This document shows, piece after piece, positions 12,035 to 23,899 of a DNA stretch of 56,635 bases (the stretch's first letter is position 1; each line of letters begins with the position of its first letter). Made by a program: the position numbers and the translations under genes. The notes below the pieces were generated by a model. It was not told the DNA's origin and searched no databases. It saw only the letters and a list, made by a program, of their open reading frames with translations. The stretch is from Vitrella brassicaformis CCMP3155 (taxonomy: Eukaryota; Protista; Chromerida), in the NCBI GenBank assembly GCA_001179505.1, contig CDMY01000534.1, forward strand, positions 1 through 56,635, in the 5' to 3' direction.

Positions 12035-13207
12035 TCATCCAGTGACCATCTCCTCCCCGACCCCGCCATTTGCCAGCTCCATCCTCAGGCGCTCGTTCTC
12101 CTCCCGCACCTGCTCCAGCTCTCTTTTTATGATGATCCATTTGTCATAATGTCTGACAGTGCCATCCTCTCTCTCCAAGATCTGTGACTCCAGGTGCCCG
12201 TGGAACATGCTGACTCCCTCTCCAGCCAGATAGTCGAGGATCTGCTTGGAAGCAGTGCTGCCGGGGCCTGCGGCCCACATGTCAAACCAGCACTTCGGAC
12301 CATCGACCAGGAAGACGTAAATGACATCTTTTTGACCGTCGTCTCCTCTCTGTAGAACGCCACCAAGCTGCTTCATCTGGTCCACCCCTCCCTTGAGCAC
12401 TCCGTCGGTCCACAGCTCCTCAAGCATCGGAGGGACGAAGCCGCAAGCAGTATGGATCCAGCGGCCAAAGAGGATGATAAAGTGGTCGCCCTCCTCGGGT
12501 GGCTCCTTGACCACATGCCCAGTAGGGATGAGCGATTCATTGAGGAGCTTCCTCCAACAGGTGTAGTTGCCCTCCATTGCCACAGGAAGATCAGCCCACT
12601 CCTCCTCAGGGAGAGCCACCCCATGGAGTCGACGAGTCTTAGATGGACTGCTCAGCCCCCCGGGGATGACTGGCTCGTACCTGCAAGTGCAAAAACACCA
12701 ATCAATCAGTGTCCATCGATCATCGATGCGCAGATCCCGTGATTGGAGGTCTGGTTCGTACCCGGCCTCAACAAAATAGTCGATCATGCCTCCAGAGTCT
12801 GGTGTTTCTTCGAAAGTCCTGATGATCTTTTGCTGGTAGCTGAAAGGGCAAAGCGTCGTCGGTGGCTCAGTCTCATCGCCCTTGGGAAAGCCAGCAGACC
12901 CTTCTCCAAGACCTCGAGAGGTCTGCACATCAGTGGACAGGGAGAAAGAGCAGAGGACGGGCACAGGATAGGACGAGAGGCGGCTACTGGCTCTATCGCG
13001 CACGCCGCGTACCGTGTAGCTGTGCCGATGAGATTGCATCGCACCCGACGGCCTGAAGAGGTGGTTGGGAAGGGAGAGAGGGCTGGAGAACGAGGACACT
13101 TGCCGGCTACTCGTCTGAAGGGCCGCCGTCACGAACAGGAGCACCACCGCAGTGGTAGATCTGAGAGGAATCGATTTCAATTCAACCGATGAATTTAACG
13201 CCGCCAT
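12035..13207 (-). CDS. Unknown family X, copy 3 (apparently intact); N-terminal hydrophobic leader, alpha/beta core, C-terminal coiled coil
   Basis: 390-aa ORF that reads through two in-frame introns (90 nt and 81 nt, the latter 12681-12761). Shares motifs and the 3' flank with copies 1 and 2. Confidence 0.8.
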   Translation of the reverse strand: MAALNSSVELKSIPLRSTTAVVLLFVTAALQTSSRQVSSFSSPLSLPNHLFRPSGAMQSHRHSYTVRGVRDRASSRLSSYPVPVLCSFSLSTDVQTSRGLGEGSAGFPKGDETEPPTTLCPFSYQQKIIRTFEETPDSGGMIDYFVEAGYEPDLQSRDLRIDDRWTLIDWCFCTCRYEPVIPGGLSSPSKTRRLHGVALPEEEWADLPVAMEGNYTCWRKLLNESLIPTGHVVKEPPEEGDHFIILFGRWIHTACGFVPPMLEELWTDGVLKGGVDQMKQLGGVLQRGDDGQKDVIYVFLVDGPKCWFDMWAAGPGSTASKQILDYLAGEGVSMFHGHLESQILEREDGTVRHYDKWIIIKRELEQVREENERLRMELANGGVGEEMVTG

Positions 13208-13682
13208 TCTTCCCTCCTTTCATTGCCGGATGCCGACAGAGGGAGATAGAGCCCGCGTTCGGCGTAAAACAGAAGGGGCGCTGAGTGCGTGAACACATCT
13301 CGGCTGCCCGGCTCTGAAACGGCGAGACCGGGGAGAGAGTGCAAATTTTCGTGTGTGCGTCTGCGTCTGCGTGTCTGTCTCTCCCTGTCTGTGTGTGTGT
13401 GTGTGTGTGTGTGGTTGGTGGGGAGTTCTGAGGGTGTTTAGGTTCGTTGGTACAGCTTGCTTGCGTTCATTAGACGACAGAGAAGAGACAGATGAGAAGG
13501 ACGATGAGCGAACGAGTTGAGAGACGGACCAGTCAATATACGATACATGCCTGCTCTCCCTATGCTTGAGCGAGGCGCCAAAGAGCTCACTGCAGGGCAC
13601 CAAAAAGCCGACCCCCGACCCCGGGCTTCCATTGGGCCGCGGTGACTAGCCAGGGGGTTCAAGGGTCCGCATCCAAGGCTGA

Positions 13683-13762
13683 ATCAACCAATCAATCAGC
13701 AATTTTTCTCGATTTTTCCGGTGATGTGCCGAGCGCGATTTCCAGTTTCCAGCACCAAAAAT
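13683..13762 (+). repeat. Short dispersed repeat; inverted partner at 36446-36535
   Basis: The reverse complement contains ggaaatcgcgctcggcacatcacc and ggaaaaatcgagaaaaattg, both present at 36456-36512. Confidence 0.85.
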
Positions 13763-14651
13763 AGGAATTTTCCACGGGCGAAAACCCGGAGGGCTTCGCC
13801 CCTCACACCCCCCAATCTCCTCTTTCAAGACATCTGAGACCCCTCAAAAAATCAAGGAGAAATTTTAAAAAATCGGAAATAGAAATACAACGAAGGTGGC
13901 GCACCTTCTCGCGAATTCCCGCAAATTCGATCGTTCGACAACAGCAAGGATTGTAATGGAAGAAAACACAATCATGCAAAGCAAATACAGCGCTCCAGAG
14001 TATTCAAGTAGATGCGTGAGTGCAAACAATTTGTCGCATTCTGCACAGATCGGAGTCCTGAAGCCACGGGTGGTCAGATACGACCCATGTCCTGAAAAGA
14101 ATTTTGCAGGGAATGGACAGGGCACCAAGTTCTCCTTCAGACGACGGAGGACAGCCTGGTACACTTTGTCCGGGCTCGTCTGCTTTGTGTAAAGAGAAAA
14201 AAAACATCACCGAGATCGCACGTGAAATGGAATTGCAGAAATAAATCTCATCAACACAACACAGTCTCGTCAAGCAGAGCCCCAGTCGAGTACTGGAGTG
14301 TGGAAACGTTGGTCCCCACGCACAAGAACACTTCGCACACTGGTCCGAAACAGAGCCACCCATTCCACCGCAGCACTCTGTCATCCATCGCCCCCTCCCC
14401 TCCGAGTCACAGAAGCGTCTCCTGCTTTTTTCCCATAGTCTGGCATCGTCGGAGGTATATTTGTGGCGACAGGTGCATGTCCGGTCATGTACATGTCAGA
14501 TGTGTTGACCTAACGTATCTCGGAATTGCGGGAGCTCAGACGTGAGGTTTTTGCTTATCCCATGGCCATACATATGTCGTCCCGTCACATGTTACGACAC
14601 ACGAAGACAATCCTCGCGAAGTATACGATGAAGGCCGCAACAGCAAAGAAA

Positions 14652-15884
14652 CTAGGGCTGCGCGAAGAATATCAGCGGCGGCGGGGGGGCTGCCGATGAT
14701 GCAGCGACGGACGGACCACCTGCAGCACTGCTGGCCGCGTCGGCAGCGGGAGCCGCTGGCGGGCAGTGCCCCTCCTGCATAGAGCCTGCGGCAGATGAAG
14801 GTGCTGGACCACCCGGCACCCTGAAGGAGATATAATAGAATAGATGATGAATACGCATCGCAAACAACCACACATGCACGCGGGTGATGACACGGAGATG
14901 CTATTGTGTAGCATGTGTACCATGGGAGCGGTGGCGGGTTCTGCTGAGAGGGTAGGAAATAATACGGACCGTCATCGAGCTGCAAATGACAAACCAGGCA
15001 ACACCGGTATGAGTCGGCGCATCGATGGCTTGCGCCTGTCTGCATCGCATCACTCACTCACCTGTCCCCACGGCCGCCCCTCGTCTCTTGGCACGATGTC
15101 GATGAGGAAGTCAAACATGTCGGACCTGTTGATCGCAGACGATATGTCGTTGCGCTGACCACATACAGTGACGCACACAGATATGATGCACCTGGCGACC
15201 CTGTCGGCCATGATCCTGTGCATCGTTTACCTGCAGGGTCCTCCTTTTGTTCTCCTCGGTGTGTATCCACGCTCGCGCAGTGAGGTCCAAGATGAAGAGC
15301 TCACACGCCTTCGAAAATACATTCGGCGTCTCGGCAGCAATCATCTACGCGAAACGTTCACAGGAAACGAGCATCATCTTGCCCAGTGATGGGTTGTTTG
15401 TTTCCACTTGTTCTACCTTGACATCTTCATCTTGCTTCATGATGCGCTTGATGCGCGCAAGCGGCAGCACGTTGGGCTTGGCCAACTCGGCTGGACCTGA
15501 CGCAATCATATGGTGCACACGCATGAGGTACGTCCCCTCCCTGTACTGGCATCGGATACTCACTGATCTTGTCAATTTCCGCCGTCTGCACACCCAGACA
15601 AACACACGCATCATCCATATGTCCCTTGGTGCGGTTCCCGTACTCCCCTCCCTCACCATGTCCTCCCAGAACTTCTCCATCTGTTCCATGTTGGCCTGGA
15701 AGTTGGCGTAACTGTTGGAGAGAAAAGAACGACAGGGATTTGCTTGAGAGAGAGGCCTGATCTTGAGGGATAACCTGTGCATCGAGTGCTGCAGCGAGGG
15801 GCCTGCAGATCTGTCATCCTCCTCTTGCTCATCTTGAATATCCTCTTCTGGAGGAACAGGACAGCGTGCTGTGGGGAAATGCAT
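14652..15884 (-). CDS. NF-YC: Nuclear factor Y subunit C (HAP5-like histone fold), multi-exon
   Basis: [17 protein letters not shown]|[38 protein letters not shown]|[23 protein letters not shown] is the NF-YC histone-fold signature. Confidence 0.95.
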
Positions 15885-15993
15885 TGATCTGTTTGCGCGT
15901 TTGCCTGTGCCTCTCAGGCGTTGCGTTTGACGTAGAGCTCTAGCACGAATTGAGCTTCTCCCGAAACCGCTGCTGCTGTATTCTTTGTTTGTT

Positions 15994-16403
15994 ATGAGCG
16001 CTCAGCTCCAGCAGAAGAGCTCCAAGCCCAACAGCATGGCGTCGCCTGCAGCAGCTGCTGGCGTGACCATCGGCACCAGTGAGGACCAGCATACCCCCGA
16101 TTTGACGGCGTTTGTCAAGAGCCTGTTGAAGGAGATGGAGCAGCGTTTCCAGACGATGAGTGATTCCATCATAAACCGCATCGACGACATGGGCAGCCGC
16201 ATAGACGACCTCGAGAAGAGCATCTCAGAGCTCATGGAGCAGGCAAGAGGAGGGAAGGGGAAGGGAGTGCCAGGAGAGAAGGGCGCATGCATCCATATGT
16301 ACGAAGCATGACCATGAAGACTTATGTGTGTTCTTGTATGGATTTTGTCACGCAGGCTGGCGTGGACGAGCAGCCCTCAGCCCCTGCTGGTGCCCAGAAG
16401 TGA
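15994..16403 (+). CDS. HSBP1: Heat shock factor binding protein 1-like, with GC-AG intron 16243-16355
   Basis: [48 protein letters not shown]|AGVDE. The conserved QAGV end is restored only with the CAG|GCAAG donor. Confidence 0.93.
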
Positions 16404-16903
16404 TATGCAGGGCCTGGCGTCCCCGAGTAGCGGATGGGTGGATGGCCGGATGGATGGATGGATGGATGAGTGTCGTGTCGTGCCTTTTCTTCTTGTGAGA
16501 GTGCATCGCTGACTGGCTGTCTGTGCAGAGCCTGTAGATACATATTTGACTGAATGGCTGAGATGCAATGGGGTGACTGACTGAAGGAATTGAGCGCTTG
16601 CACAGCGACCACGCAGAAAAAATGAAACGACACCACACCACACCACATCCACCGCACTGCACTGCACTGCAAAGAGTCAATCCATGCAACGAGACAGACA
16701 GCAACGAAACTTTTCTTCTCGCCTTCAAGCCTCGGATCATCCTTACTCTACACATAAAGCATTGTCACGTCACTCGCGTGTGGCTGGCGCGCTTGGTTGA
16801 AAGGCGAGAGAACCAGGCAGGCAAACCAAACAGACAACCAGCCGGGCCCATGCCTCCATCCCATCTTGGCATGAACCTTACATGGCATGCATCACGATTC
16901 TGT

Positions 16904-18011
16904 CTATTTGCTGGAGACGACCTTGATGAATGACTTGAGGTCGTTGACAGCATCCTTGTAGAAGCCCAAAGCAGCGTCCTGCTCCTTCCTGCGGGCCGCA
17001 ACCTGAAGGGGGGTCCAACATGCACGGGCATGCAAACAACGTGTCACTCAGATCTGCTCTCTCTCTCCCTCCCTCCCTCCCTCCTTCTCTACATGCTCAT
17101 GTGTGGCACCTACCGAGAGTTTATCGAGGTCGCGATAGAACTTCTTGGCTGCCTTGGATGCATCGGGGTTGCCGCTCACAGAGGCCAGAGAGTTCATGTT
17201 CTCCCGAAGGTCATACGTCTGTTGGGTGACATACACAGGGACCACCATCGTACCGCCCCGCCGTAGCTGCTCTGGCGGGCGTGCCGTGAGAGTGCGTGCG
17301 TACCTGTCGCGAGAGTTCCATGCGGACCTCCTCCCAGAGCTGCTGGTCGAGGTAGTCCTTGACCTTGGCGATCCTGCCAGCAGACTCCTCAACCTTCTTC
17401 ACCTTGCGGCCAACCTGACAAATGGATCAATCAATCGATGGATGGTGTCACCACCCACCCATCCATCCATCCATCCACCCACCGCACCTCCTGCTTGCTG
17501 TTGGGCACCCAGACCCTGTCCTCTCCCGTGCCGTACACCGAGTAGGGCGAGTACAGAGGGGCCTCCTGATCACTTCCATACGCCGCACCCTCAGACAACG
17601 TACTCGCGCCACCGCCAAAACTGACCCATCCAACCGATCCAACACAGACGACATGTGACCGTGCCATCTTTCTGCTAATTGCGTGCGCACCCGAAGTACG
17701 AGGCCTTGGGTGCGTCGCCAGTCTTGGCTGAGGCGGCGAGGGGAGCGAAGAGGCTCAGCAGGGATGCGGCAGCGAGAGATGACGTCATGGCGTCCCTCCG
17801 GCCGAGAACCTCGTCCTCATTGGCTGTCATCTGCAGAGCTGACGACCGGCGGAGGGAGCCCCGTGAGAGGCCCGACAGACCTGATATCCCGGGAGCCACA
17901 TATGATCACCTCGGCGTCATTGCTTCTCTGCGTCATCTGCTCACCGGTTGACGGGGCGAACGCATGCGCGCCGCCGCAGCAGAGCAGGGCCAGGACAGCA
18001 AGGACCTTCAT
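16904..18011 (-). CDS. psbQ: Photosystem II extrinsic protein PsbQ' (OEE3, red-lineage/diatom type), bipartite plastid targeting; multi-exon
   Basis: Signal peptide MKVLAVLALLCCGGAHA|FAP (ASAFAP-like), RRDA lumenal signal, SEGAAYGSDQEAPLYSPYSVYG motif, and helical bundle YLDQQLWEEVRMELSRQ..YDLRENMNSL..AKKFYRDLDKL. Confidence 0.9.
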
Positions 18012-18076
18012 TTCGCAGACGAGGGAGGGGAAAGAAAGGTTGACTGAGAGCACGAAAAGGAGGTGGCTGAGAGCCA

Positions 18077-21000
18077 ATGAAGATGTGCCCTAACGCTGAT
18101 GGAGTGGGGTGGGTTTCATCGAATAGTGCAAACTCTCTGTCTGGAATGGAATCAGATGGTTGTGCTGCTCATCGTGTCGTAAAGATCAAACCTCTCCCGC
18201 TTGGAGAGGCAGCAAATCGTGAAGACGTCTTCTTCGAGAATGAGCAAGTGCTGCTGCACGATCCCGACGCCAAGCTCAATGCAGTGCCGCTCAGATATGA
18301 CGTGGACTTCGTCTATGGGCCGCTCGCCACGGCCGAGGACATTTTCGCCAGGGAGCTGCCGCCCCTTGTCGGTACGCAGCCGTCTCCCATCTTGGATATT
18401 CTCTGTGGCGATGCATGCACTTCTGTGTGTGCAGATGCGTTTCTTGCGGGGACTGACAGCCTACTGCTCACGATGGGAAGTGCCGACAGCGGCAAGTCGT
18501 TTCTACTCGATGGCCCTCGCGGCCTGATAACACTTTCGCTCAAGATGGTCATGCAGCGGCTGAACGACAGAAGGGGAGGCGGTGGAGGGGCGGTGGGGAA
18601 CTACTCGTACTCCCTCAAGATGAGATATTACGAGGCATACAACGGTACGTCGACGTGCAAGAGTATGGTCTGATGTGCGATGGATCGATGTGTCTTCCGT
18701 GTGCTGCGGGCAGAGCACATCCATGACTTGTTATCTGGAGACCGCTCCGCGACTCTTCATCCGTCGGACAGTGTCGATGGCGTGCTCGTGGATGGCCTGA
18801 GTGGAATGGTGGTCAAAAACCTGTCGGACGCCATCGACCTCATCAATGTCTGCCAGGTCATATGGCTTGACATGCAGCGTTGATCAGGTATTCATACACT
18901 CTCCATCCATGCGCGTGTGTTTCCAGAAGAAGAGGAGCGAGTCTCAGAAGAACCAGACGCTGACGTTTCTGCAGCTGGAGCTGCTCCAGATGCAGGACAG
19001 CAAGCAACGGGATGAGTGCGTAGGAAAGAAGGCCAAAACTGCGCACCACTCCCTCCCATTGAATGCTGTGTCATCCTGCTGCAGTGAGGGCTCCAGCATG
19101 GGTCACTGGTGCGCGTACAGCCGCTTTCTGATAGTGGAAACTTCAGCAAGCAACTGCTGGGCCGAGGACAGGGATGTGGTGCAGCTGAGGGAGGGCTTCC
19201 ACACCCACAGGTCCATGTACGCACTGCGGGAGATGGTATCTGCATGGCATGAAAGCAAGATCGGCCAGCAGCACCCCAGTGACACGCGCATAGGGTCGCC
19301 CTCCTCGTCCACCCTGACGTGGATATTGCGAGATCTGCTCATGGGAGGCAGTCTGCAAGCAACTGCACTGATGTGTCTGCAGCACACTCAGGTGAGATAC
19401 AGAGACGCAGACTCACGAAACTGGGCCACATGGGCCGGTGTGTGCGTGTCTGTCAGTATGAGGTGAGCAAGGGCGGGATGGACGTGCTGCAAGACATGAA
19501 GCGGCTCCGCACCCACCCCAACTCGTACGACAACCGCCTCGCCGGATGGATCAGAAACCTCAGAAGGGAAAACATTCACATCAGACAAGTAAGCCGTGAC
19601 AAAGGGACCACTCTCGACTCGCAAACAACGGCATGTATGTCCCCCCACCGCCATGTGGATACATAGTAGGCTCTATCGGCGGCCCTGACGCTGCAGCGTG
19701 GTGCCGAAGAGGAGCAGAAGGCCCGTCAGCAGCTGCACCAGCTGGAGGGCAAGGTCGTCGCGGAGGAACTGCTCAAGGTCAAGGCCATCGAAGACAAGAA
19801 AACGCTTCAGGTGGGAGCGAGTGACAAGCAAGGCGTCCAGCCCAGTGCAGACGGACTTGTGCACGGCTATATGCGTATCTCTGTGTATGTGTGGGTGCAG
19901 ACGCGCTTGGAGGAGACCAAGGACAAGTACAAGGTGAGCAAGTGCAAGTGGTCAGTCTGCCCTCTCATTGCCGTGAATATGCTTTTCACCAGGGCGCTGT
20001 CGAGTCGATCGCGATGACACAGAGGGATCTGATCAAATGTGAAGAGGAGAAACTCAAAGTCTGCCAGGTATGCATGGACGTCCATTGATGCACCTACCTC
20101 TCCTGTGTCACGTGCAGGCACTCGTCTCCCTGCAGATGGAATACACGAAAGTGCAGGAGGAAATGTCAAAGCAGAAATACCAGGTAGGGGTCCCTGACAT
20201 GGTGTCATGCCATCCTTTCCCATGCTGCCTCCCTTCTTGTCTGTCTGCAGGATGCGTCCAAGTTGGTGACATATGAGCAAGACGTCGTGGATCTCACCCT
20301 CCAGAACAAAGCCCAGCAGGAGAACATAGTGAGTCTGCAGAAGGAGAAGGAAGCCATCGAGGCGGAGCGCAAGAACCTCGCCATGGAGCTGGGCGCGGCA
20401 CGGCGATCTCTCGTCGACCTGAGAGAAGACTTCCTCAAAGAACAGAAAAGGGTGGGTGCATCCGTGGGGTGCCGCTGATGTGCGTTGGAATGTGCGTGTG
20501 TCCCATCCAGACTGAGGAGCTGAGCGTGGAGGTGGTCAATCTGATGAACAGCAAGGAAGAGACGGAGAGAGAAAATACCTCTCTGCAAAACAAGCTGACG
20601 GACGCCCTCAAGTAAAGAGCACTCAGAGGAGGGCAGGGGATGCTCGACCATTCCTGCAGTGGCCGCCATTATGTCCACGTATTTCAGCTCTCGTGAGACG
20701 AGCGATGCTGCCTTGGCGAGGAAGGAGGCAGAGCTTGATGAGGCTGGGCTGAAAATAGCTCAGCTACAGAAAGACCTCGACATACAGACATCGGAACGGA
20801 TCAAAAAAGAGGTCAGAGGCGCGGACAATGACAAGGCCATCTGCACCGGCCACCGCACGATCCTCCCTGTCCGTGTGGCTGCAGGTTGAGCTGGAGAGGC
20901 TGAGCGTCGAATTCGAGGAGAAGCGGCTTGACATGGAGAGAGGGGTGCTTGAGGAGCACAGGAGTCGAGATGCAGAGGCGTTCAAAATGCAGCAGGACAG

Positions 21001-22782
21001 ACAAGCCAGAGAGGTACACCGGACAGCGCACGACACCTTCACAGGTCCTGATCGCACTGTTGCGTGTTTTTCCTTTCCAGGAGATGCTGTCCAACCAGAT
21101 GCGCGACCTGCTGGCCGAGAAGGAGGCCCTCCTCAAGAACCTCAGCACAGCCCAACGCAAGACGCGTGAAGCTGAGAAACTCACGAGGGCAGCGCAGGAC
21201 AGCGAGGCGCAGGCTATCCGCGAGCGGAAAAGGCTGGAAGAAGAGGTGCAGCATGCGCGCGAAGAGGGCCACCGAAGGCTGACGGAGGTGGCGGCCAGCC
21301 AGCTGCCAAAGGACGACGCTGCACGCGACGGTGGCGAGGAGGTAAGGAGCCTCGTGAGGAGGCTGGAGGGGAGTGTGGATGATGCGTCGAGGAGGGAGAG
21401 GGACGCCTCTGAGAAGCTCCACCTGCTTCGCACGCAGGTGTGCCTACACAGCAAAGGTTGATTGATTGGAGGCAAAGCCTTTCCTTGCTACCGGTTGTGT
21501 CTTTCAGCTTCGAGTGCTGCAAGACAAGCTGATCAAGATGCATTGCGCCCTCCTCGACTTCGCTCCGCAAGGTGAGCCTACACGCGAGATGACATATCTC
21601 AGTGGGACACTGCTGTCATTGGTTCGCTCCTTTGTTCCTGCTTTCATGTGCAGGGGATGCCGAGGTGGTGGAGGAGTTTCGTGTGGACATGGATGAGGTG
21701 CAAAGGGAGTCGCAGCGCATCATCCAGGAGGCCAAGGTCAGCAAACACATGAATGGCGTTCGTCACGTGGTGTCATGATGGGATCGATGTTCTTTCATGT
21801 TGCATTACCAGGACAGGGAGGCTAAGCTGATGCGGGAGAATGACAAGCTCAAGGAGGACACAAAGTCACTGTACAAGGTGAGCCTCACTCACTCACCCGT
21901 CAAACGCACCCGACTCAGAGAGGATACGTGCTCCTTGTCAACATAGGAGCTTGGTGACGCCCGCGTCTCTCTGCACGAAGCCCTGCAGAAGGCGCAGAAG
22001 GACGCTGCTGTACTTCAGGTCACCACCACCTCGAGAGACCATTTAGAGCCCCGGATGTCGCTCACTTTGATGGTCAATGGCTGCATGTACGTGTGTCACT
22101 AGGTGGAGCTGATGACGCTGCGCCGCTTCAAAGAGGAGATTGAGGGCTCTGACGGCCTCGCATCGCTCCCACACCTGCAGAAGATGCAGCAACAGATCAT
22201 GGAAGACGTGCAGTCCATCAAGAAAGGTACAAACCATACCATGCACTAACGCGAACAAACTGCTTGATGCCTGTCCGTGGTCGTGTGGCTTGTGCAGGTG
22301 GTGTGCCTTCCAGAAGCGACGGAGAGACTGCGAATGGCCAGGGCGACTCGTTTGAGCTCCTCTCTCGCCCTGAGCTTCTGCAGAAGTGCCGCGAGCTGGC
22401 CGACCAGATCAAGCGCCTCAAGGCCCTCCCTCGCGACACGCGGCTTCTCCAGCAAAGGTACAGACATGCCGGCGGATATATGGCGGAGGGCCCGTCCATA
22501 GCTGTGAATGTCCGTCGCTGACAGGGTCGATTTCCTGGAGAAGACGGTGCGGCGTTTGGAGGCGGAACGATCGGACTTGCTCGCCAAGTCAAGCTCGGCA
22601 GAGGAACAGGTGAGCAACGGCATGGCATTATTGCAACGATGGCCATAGCCACCGTATTCTGCGGTGTGATGTCATGTGTCATTCAGTTGGACGCACTGCA
22701 ACGCCATTTCAAGGACCTCACGGCTGGGTATCAGAAGCAGATCGTGTCCCTTCAAAAGGGAAGAAGCGCACGGCCGCAGTGA
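18077..22782 (+). CDS. Degenerate kinesin motor domain fused to long coiled coil with CCDC78/DUF4472-like segments; many exons
   Basis: Kinesin-like VKIKPL, YDVDFVYGP, P-loop GSADSGKS, YYEAYN|EHIHDLL, LTWILRDLLMGG. EEEKLKVCQ|ALVSLQMEYTKVQEEMSKQKYQ and LEAERSDLLAKSSSAEEQ|LDALQRHFKDLTAGYQKQIVSL resemble CCDC78 segments (from memory). The true start may be 18146. Confidence 0.8.
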
Positions 22783-23538
22783 GTCCGGGCAATCGTGACC
22801 TGGCCGTTTCATTCGTTGTAATCGTGATTGGTTGCAATTGTGATTGCGCGGATTTGTTTACTGTCGCATTGATTCATTTCCGTCAGTTCCTTTGATTTGT
22901 CGGTGATATGTACTGCTGTCTGTCTGTCTGTCTGTCTGTCTGTCCTCCAAACGAACGTATGTGTTGGGCTCCCCCGGCTCACTGATCTGTCCTAGTACCT
23001 CACTATGTCTGTCTCATTGTCTTGTGTGTACGAGTACGATTACGGTACGTACATAAATCCATGAACGGAGGCGGTGTGAATATGCAGAGCAGTGCAGCGG
23101 CGTGGCTAATATAGACAGACTGTCGTCAAATAGAGAGCGACTAGACACACACACACATACATACATACATACACACACATCAACGAAGCCCTAGCTAGAC
23201 ATGGCATCCACACAACAGCGCACATAACACAACAGGGGAGCAGCAGGACATAAGAAAAAATGTGTTTTTTATGGCGACGGCGAGCACATAGGCCCACCAA
23301 ACTTAGAAAGGTGAGCGAGGCTTTGTTCCTCCCTCCCTTCCGCCCCTCCCTCTATTTTGGCGTAGCATCCATCCATCCATCCATGTACCATGTATCATGT
23401 ATTCTCACGGCGCTTCACGGCGGCATCTCAGGCCCACCTGACAAATAGAAATACCAACATGGGGATGGATGGGTGTGAGCATGTGTGCTGTGTGAGGCCT
23501 CACGTCACAGGTGCCGGCGACCTCCTTCAATCATCCCG

Positions 23539-23784
23539 TCACCTCCGGGGCCGAACGGGGCGAGGAAATATATAGCACGACGCAGCCAAAGAACAGACAC
23601 TTTTCGGTACCCTCATCTCATGCCGCTCACTCGCTCTCCACTCTCGCGCCAGCATGATGTCTCTCTTGTGAGCCGCAGCGCTCATCTCACTTGAGGGGCT
23701 GCGGAAGCTCCTTGCTGCGGAAGATGTAAAGCAGCCCGGCGTGGCGCAGCACACCAGGCAGAGGAGGGACACGAAGCGCATCAT
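23539..23784 (-). CDS. Possible small secreted protein (structure unresolved)
   Basis: Signal-like MMRFVSLLCLVCCATPG followed by a gtgaga donor near 23690. Downstream exons are uncertain. Confidence 0.3.
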   Translation of the reverse strand: MMRFVSLLCLVCCATPGCFTSSAARSFRSPSSEMSAAAHKRDIMLAREWRASERHEMRVPKSVCSLAASCYIFPRPVRPRR

Positions 23785-23899
23785 GATGGAGAGAGGAACG
23801 TAAGAATTCGAGAGAAAGCAGCCACATACCCCAAGTATTACCCGGTATACGCGCGAAATTACGTTAAACGAAAAACGGTCCTGGGAGAATCAAATCCCT

